From NCBI RefSeq assembly GCF_006345805.1, contig NC_043016.1:12338001-12402000 (forward strand): a DNA stretch of 64,000 nucleotides. The letters run 5' to 3'. The notes below the pieces were generated by a model. It saw only the letters and a list, made by a program, of their open reading frames with translations. It searched no databases and had not been told where the DNA came from. This DNA is from Octopus sinensis (Eukaryota). The position numbers and the translations under genes were made by a program. Shown here piece by piece: positions 61,627-64,000 of the stretch (positions are counted from its first letter, which is position 1; the number at the start of each line of letters is the position of its first letter).

Positions 61627-63807
61627 TATTCCCCTCTCAGATTCACACATTTATTGCAGTGGCCCTTCAGTTTCTCTAAGCCCTGTAAATGAACTTAGAA
61701 TGTTGGGCCTCCAATCGGGCCTTTTGCAATACCCTTAAAACCAGGAACTTTCCAGCACTCCCATCGTATTGTTGGTGCCTAAAAAATATACTTTAGTACA
61801 CTTAGTTGAGGAAATTTTGCGATTGTTACTAAATATGTTTGTGTATGGTTTTACTCTTGTTTCCGTCTTTTTATCTGTGCCATAAATGTTGTAAAGGTGC
61901 TTTTGTAATTCCTAACATGATTGTTTTCTGTCTGTGTTAAAGAGTGGTGGGGGAGGAGAAGGCAGATCCTTGTGATAATCAATTTGGGAAAGTGCCTATT
62001 CTTGATGTGTTGCATGCCACATTGTCTATGTAACACCAATGATAGTTTGCAAGCAAATTGTTTGATACTTTGCATGGTAGGAGATTGGAGTTGAGAGCTT
62101 TGCTAGTGCTGATTAAGATTCTTTTTTGCTTTTTTTAAACCAATGAAGGGCATCCAGCCGTAGAAACATTGCCAGATCAGACTGGGCCTGGTGCAGCCTT
62201 CTGGCTTCCCAGACCCCAGTTGAACCGTCCAACCCATGATAGCATGGAAAGCGGATGCTAAACGATGATGATGATGTATGTGTTTTTTGAGTAAGATTTG
62301 CAATGTAGCATCTTCGAAAAATAACTTCTATAGCCTTAGGTTGACCAATGCTTTGTGGATTTTGCACAGAGAAACTGTATGAATGTCTATTGTGTGAATA
62401 TAGACATTTTATAAGCAGTGCTTGCCACCATTTTTGAAAACCTGTGGGATAGGGTTGGCCAGAGGAAAAAGAACATCTGGTGCTTAAAAATCTCCCAAGT
62501 AAGTCTCCATCTGACTCATGCTATCAAGGAAAAATGGATGTTAAGTAAATGAACTAGCATGGTCAATGAGTGTAATGGCATGAATCCCATGTTGTCATTT
62601 GAAGACTCAGTGATATAAAAGATGAGTCTTAAAATATTTGAGGATTGGCATAGGAAGATAATGGGTCTGGTAATACTTTAGGATTGTGATGATTTTAGCC
62701 CAAATTCTAGCATTTGGCATTGTTGATATAGAATGCAGTGATTCCTTCATTTTGTGATTTTTGCCAGTTCTTTAGGATTTTAATTGTTTAGATTTTTCTG
62801 GTGTCTGATGACAGGGTGGGGTCTAGTGAGGCTTTAGATGGAACATGCATATATTACTTTTCCTTCATATGTAGGCGTGGCTGTATGGTAAGAAGTTTGT
62901 TTCCCAACTGTGTGCTCCTGGGTTCATACCCACTGTGTGGCACTCTGGGCAAGTGTCTTTCACTATAGCCTTAGGCTGACCAAAATTTTCATAGATGGAA
63001 ACTGAAAGAAACCTGTTGTGTGTGTGCTTGTCTTGGCATTGCATAATAGTTATGAGTGTCATCACTGTCATTGAAGCTTCATTTCCAGTCTTCTAAAGAA
63101 ACATGTCTGGTCATGGTGAAATATCAACCAACTTGGAAACGGTGTGTGTTGGCAACAGGAGTCGCATTTAACAGTAGAGAATCTGCCTCAATAGACTTCA
63201 TCCAATTCAGGCAAGCACGGAAAAGTCAGCATTTAAGAGATGATGTTACATGGAATTGTTATGAATATTGTTGTTGTTGATCCTGTTAATTACTTTGTAT
63301 AATGTTTTACTGTTTGTTTTTGTGGTGTGTGTACTTACAATGGTTTACCAATTTTATTGTTCTTTGCTGTATTTTCCTTAGTTCTGTGTTTAGTTTCTTG
63401 ATATTGTGTTTGATGACATTTCTGTTGTGTAAGGTTTTCTTTTTTCTTTTAATGTCACTTTGTGGGATAAGTAATGGTTAGGAAGCATCAACTAATATTT
63501 AAAGAAGATATATGTACAGCAGTGTCTGTTTTGGTGATTGTAGTGCTGTCGAGTTCTGTAGGCCATAACTTTACCTTTTTAAAGTGATCCCCACTGAGCT
63601 TTCTTGAAGTACTTAAGCTGTAGTTAAGTGACAAAACCACAAAATGGATATATTTGGGGGTATTGTGGATTTAGGTCTATCCATAAATTAGTTCTTTTTG
63701 TCTGAAATGAAATCACATCAGTGTCAACTTTGTTTTCTAAGTAGTGCAGGTTGTACTGGAGTTCAAATAATTTCTGACCCATTTTTTTTTTAATTATTTA
63801 ATTTCAG

Positions 63808-63952
63808 TATAAGTGAAAAGAGACGCCAAAAAATGAAAAGTTTAGAGCAAGAAATTGATCGCCTAAAATTAAAAATGTCAGAATTTGCTCGTCTTCAGAA
63901 ATTAAAAGAGAATGCAGATAAAAAAATCAAAACCCTCGATCAAGACATACAG
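63808..63952 (+). CDS. KIF4: KIF4 exon 15 (gene continues beyond the window)
   Basis: atttcag acceptor, (T)ISEKRRQKMKSLEQEIDRLK...KIKTLDQDIQ, similar to KIF4A LSERRRKRLQELE (recalled). GTATGT donor. Confidence 0.92.
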
Positions 63953-64000
63953 GTATGTTTTTTTTTTACCTGTAATTTAAGTTGTCAAAAGATTTACAGA

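Overview
AT-rich, repeat-dense eukaryotic DNA. The SINE, RTE and microsatellite landscape looks like an octopus (coleoid cephalopod) genome; this is inferred from repeat types, not from a search. The main gene is a kinesin-4 (KIF4/chromokinesin) on the + strand. It has 15 coding exons from ATG 30669 to 63952 and continues past the window, with a likely 5' UTR exon and a CCAAT + CDE/CHR-like cell-cycle promoter at ~28.82-28.96 kb. The probable last exon of a Jupiter/HN1(JPT)-like gene lies at 6339-6410 (+). The rest is mobile DNA: three tRNA-derived SINE families, RTE, CR1 and CRE-like LINE remnants, a nested Gypsy pol, a mariner relic, piggyBac-type MITEs, Helitron-type elements and Penelope-like termini. 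The most unusual items are (1) a ~38-copy 63-bp VNTR expansion inside an RTE 3' UTR in a KIF4 intron, (2) a complete PHD-finger pattern inside the RTE reverse transcriptase, (3) a hammerhead-ribozyme-like fold ~0.5 kb upstream of the KIF4 promoter, (4) an isolated 28S rRNA fragment, and (5) several palindromes and inverted SINE pairs. Most ORFs in the supplied track are repeat artefacts. Repeat boundaries are approximate unless a TSD or TIR is quoted.
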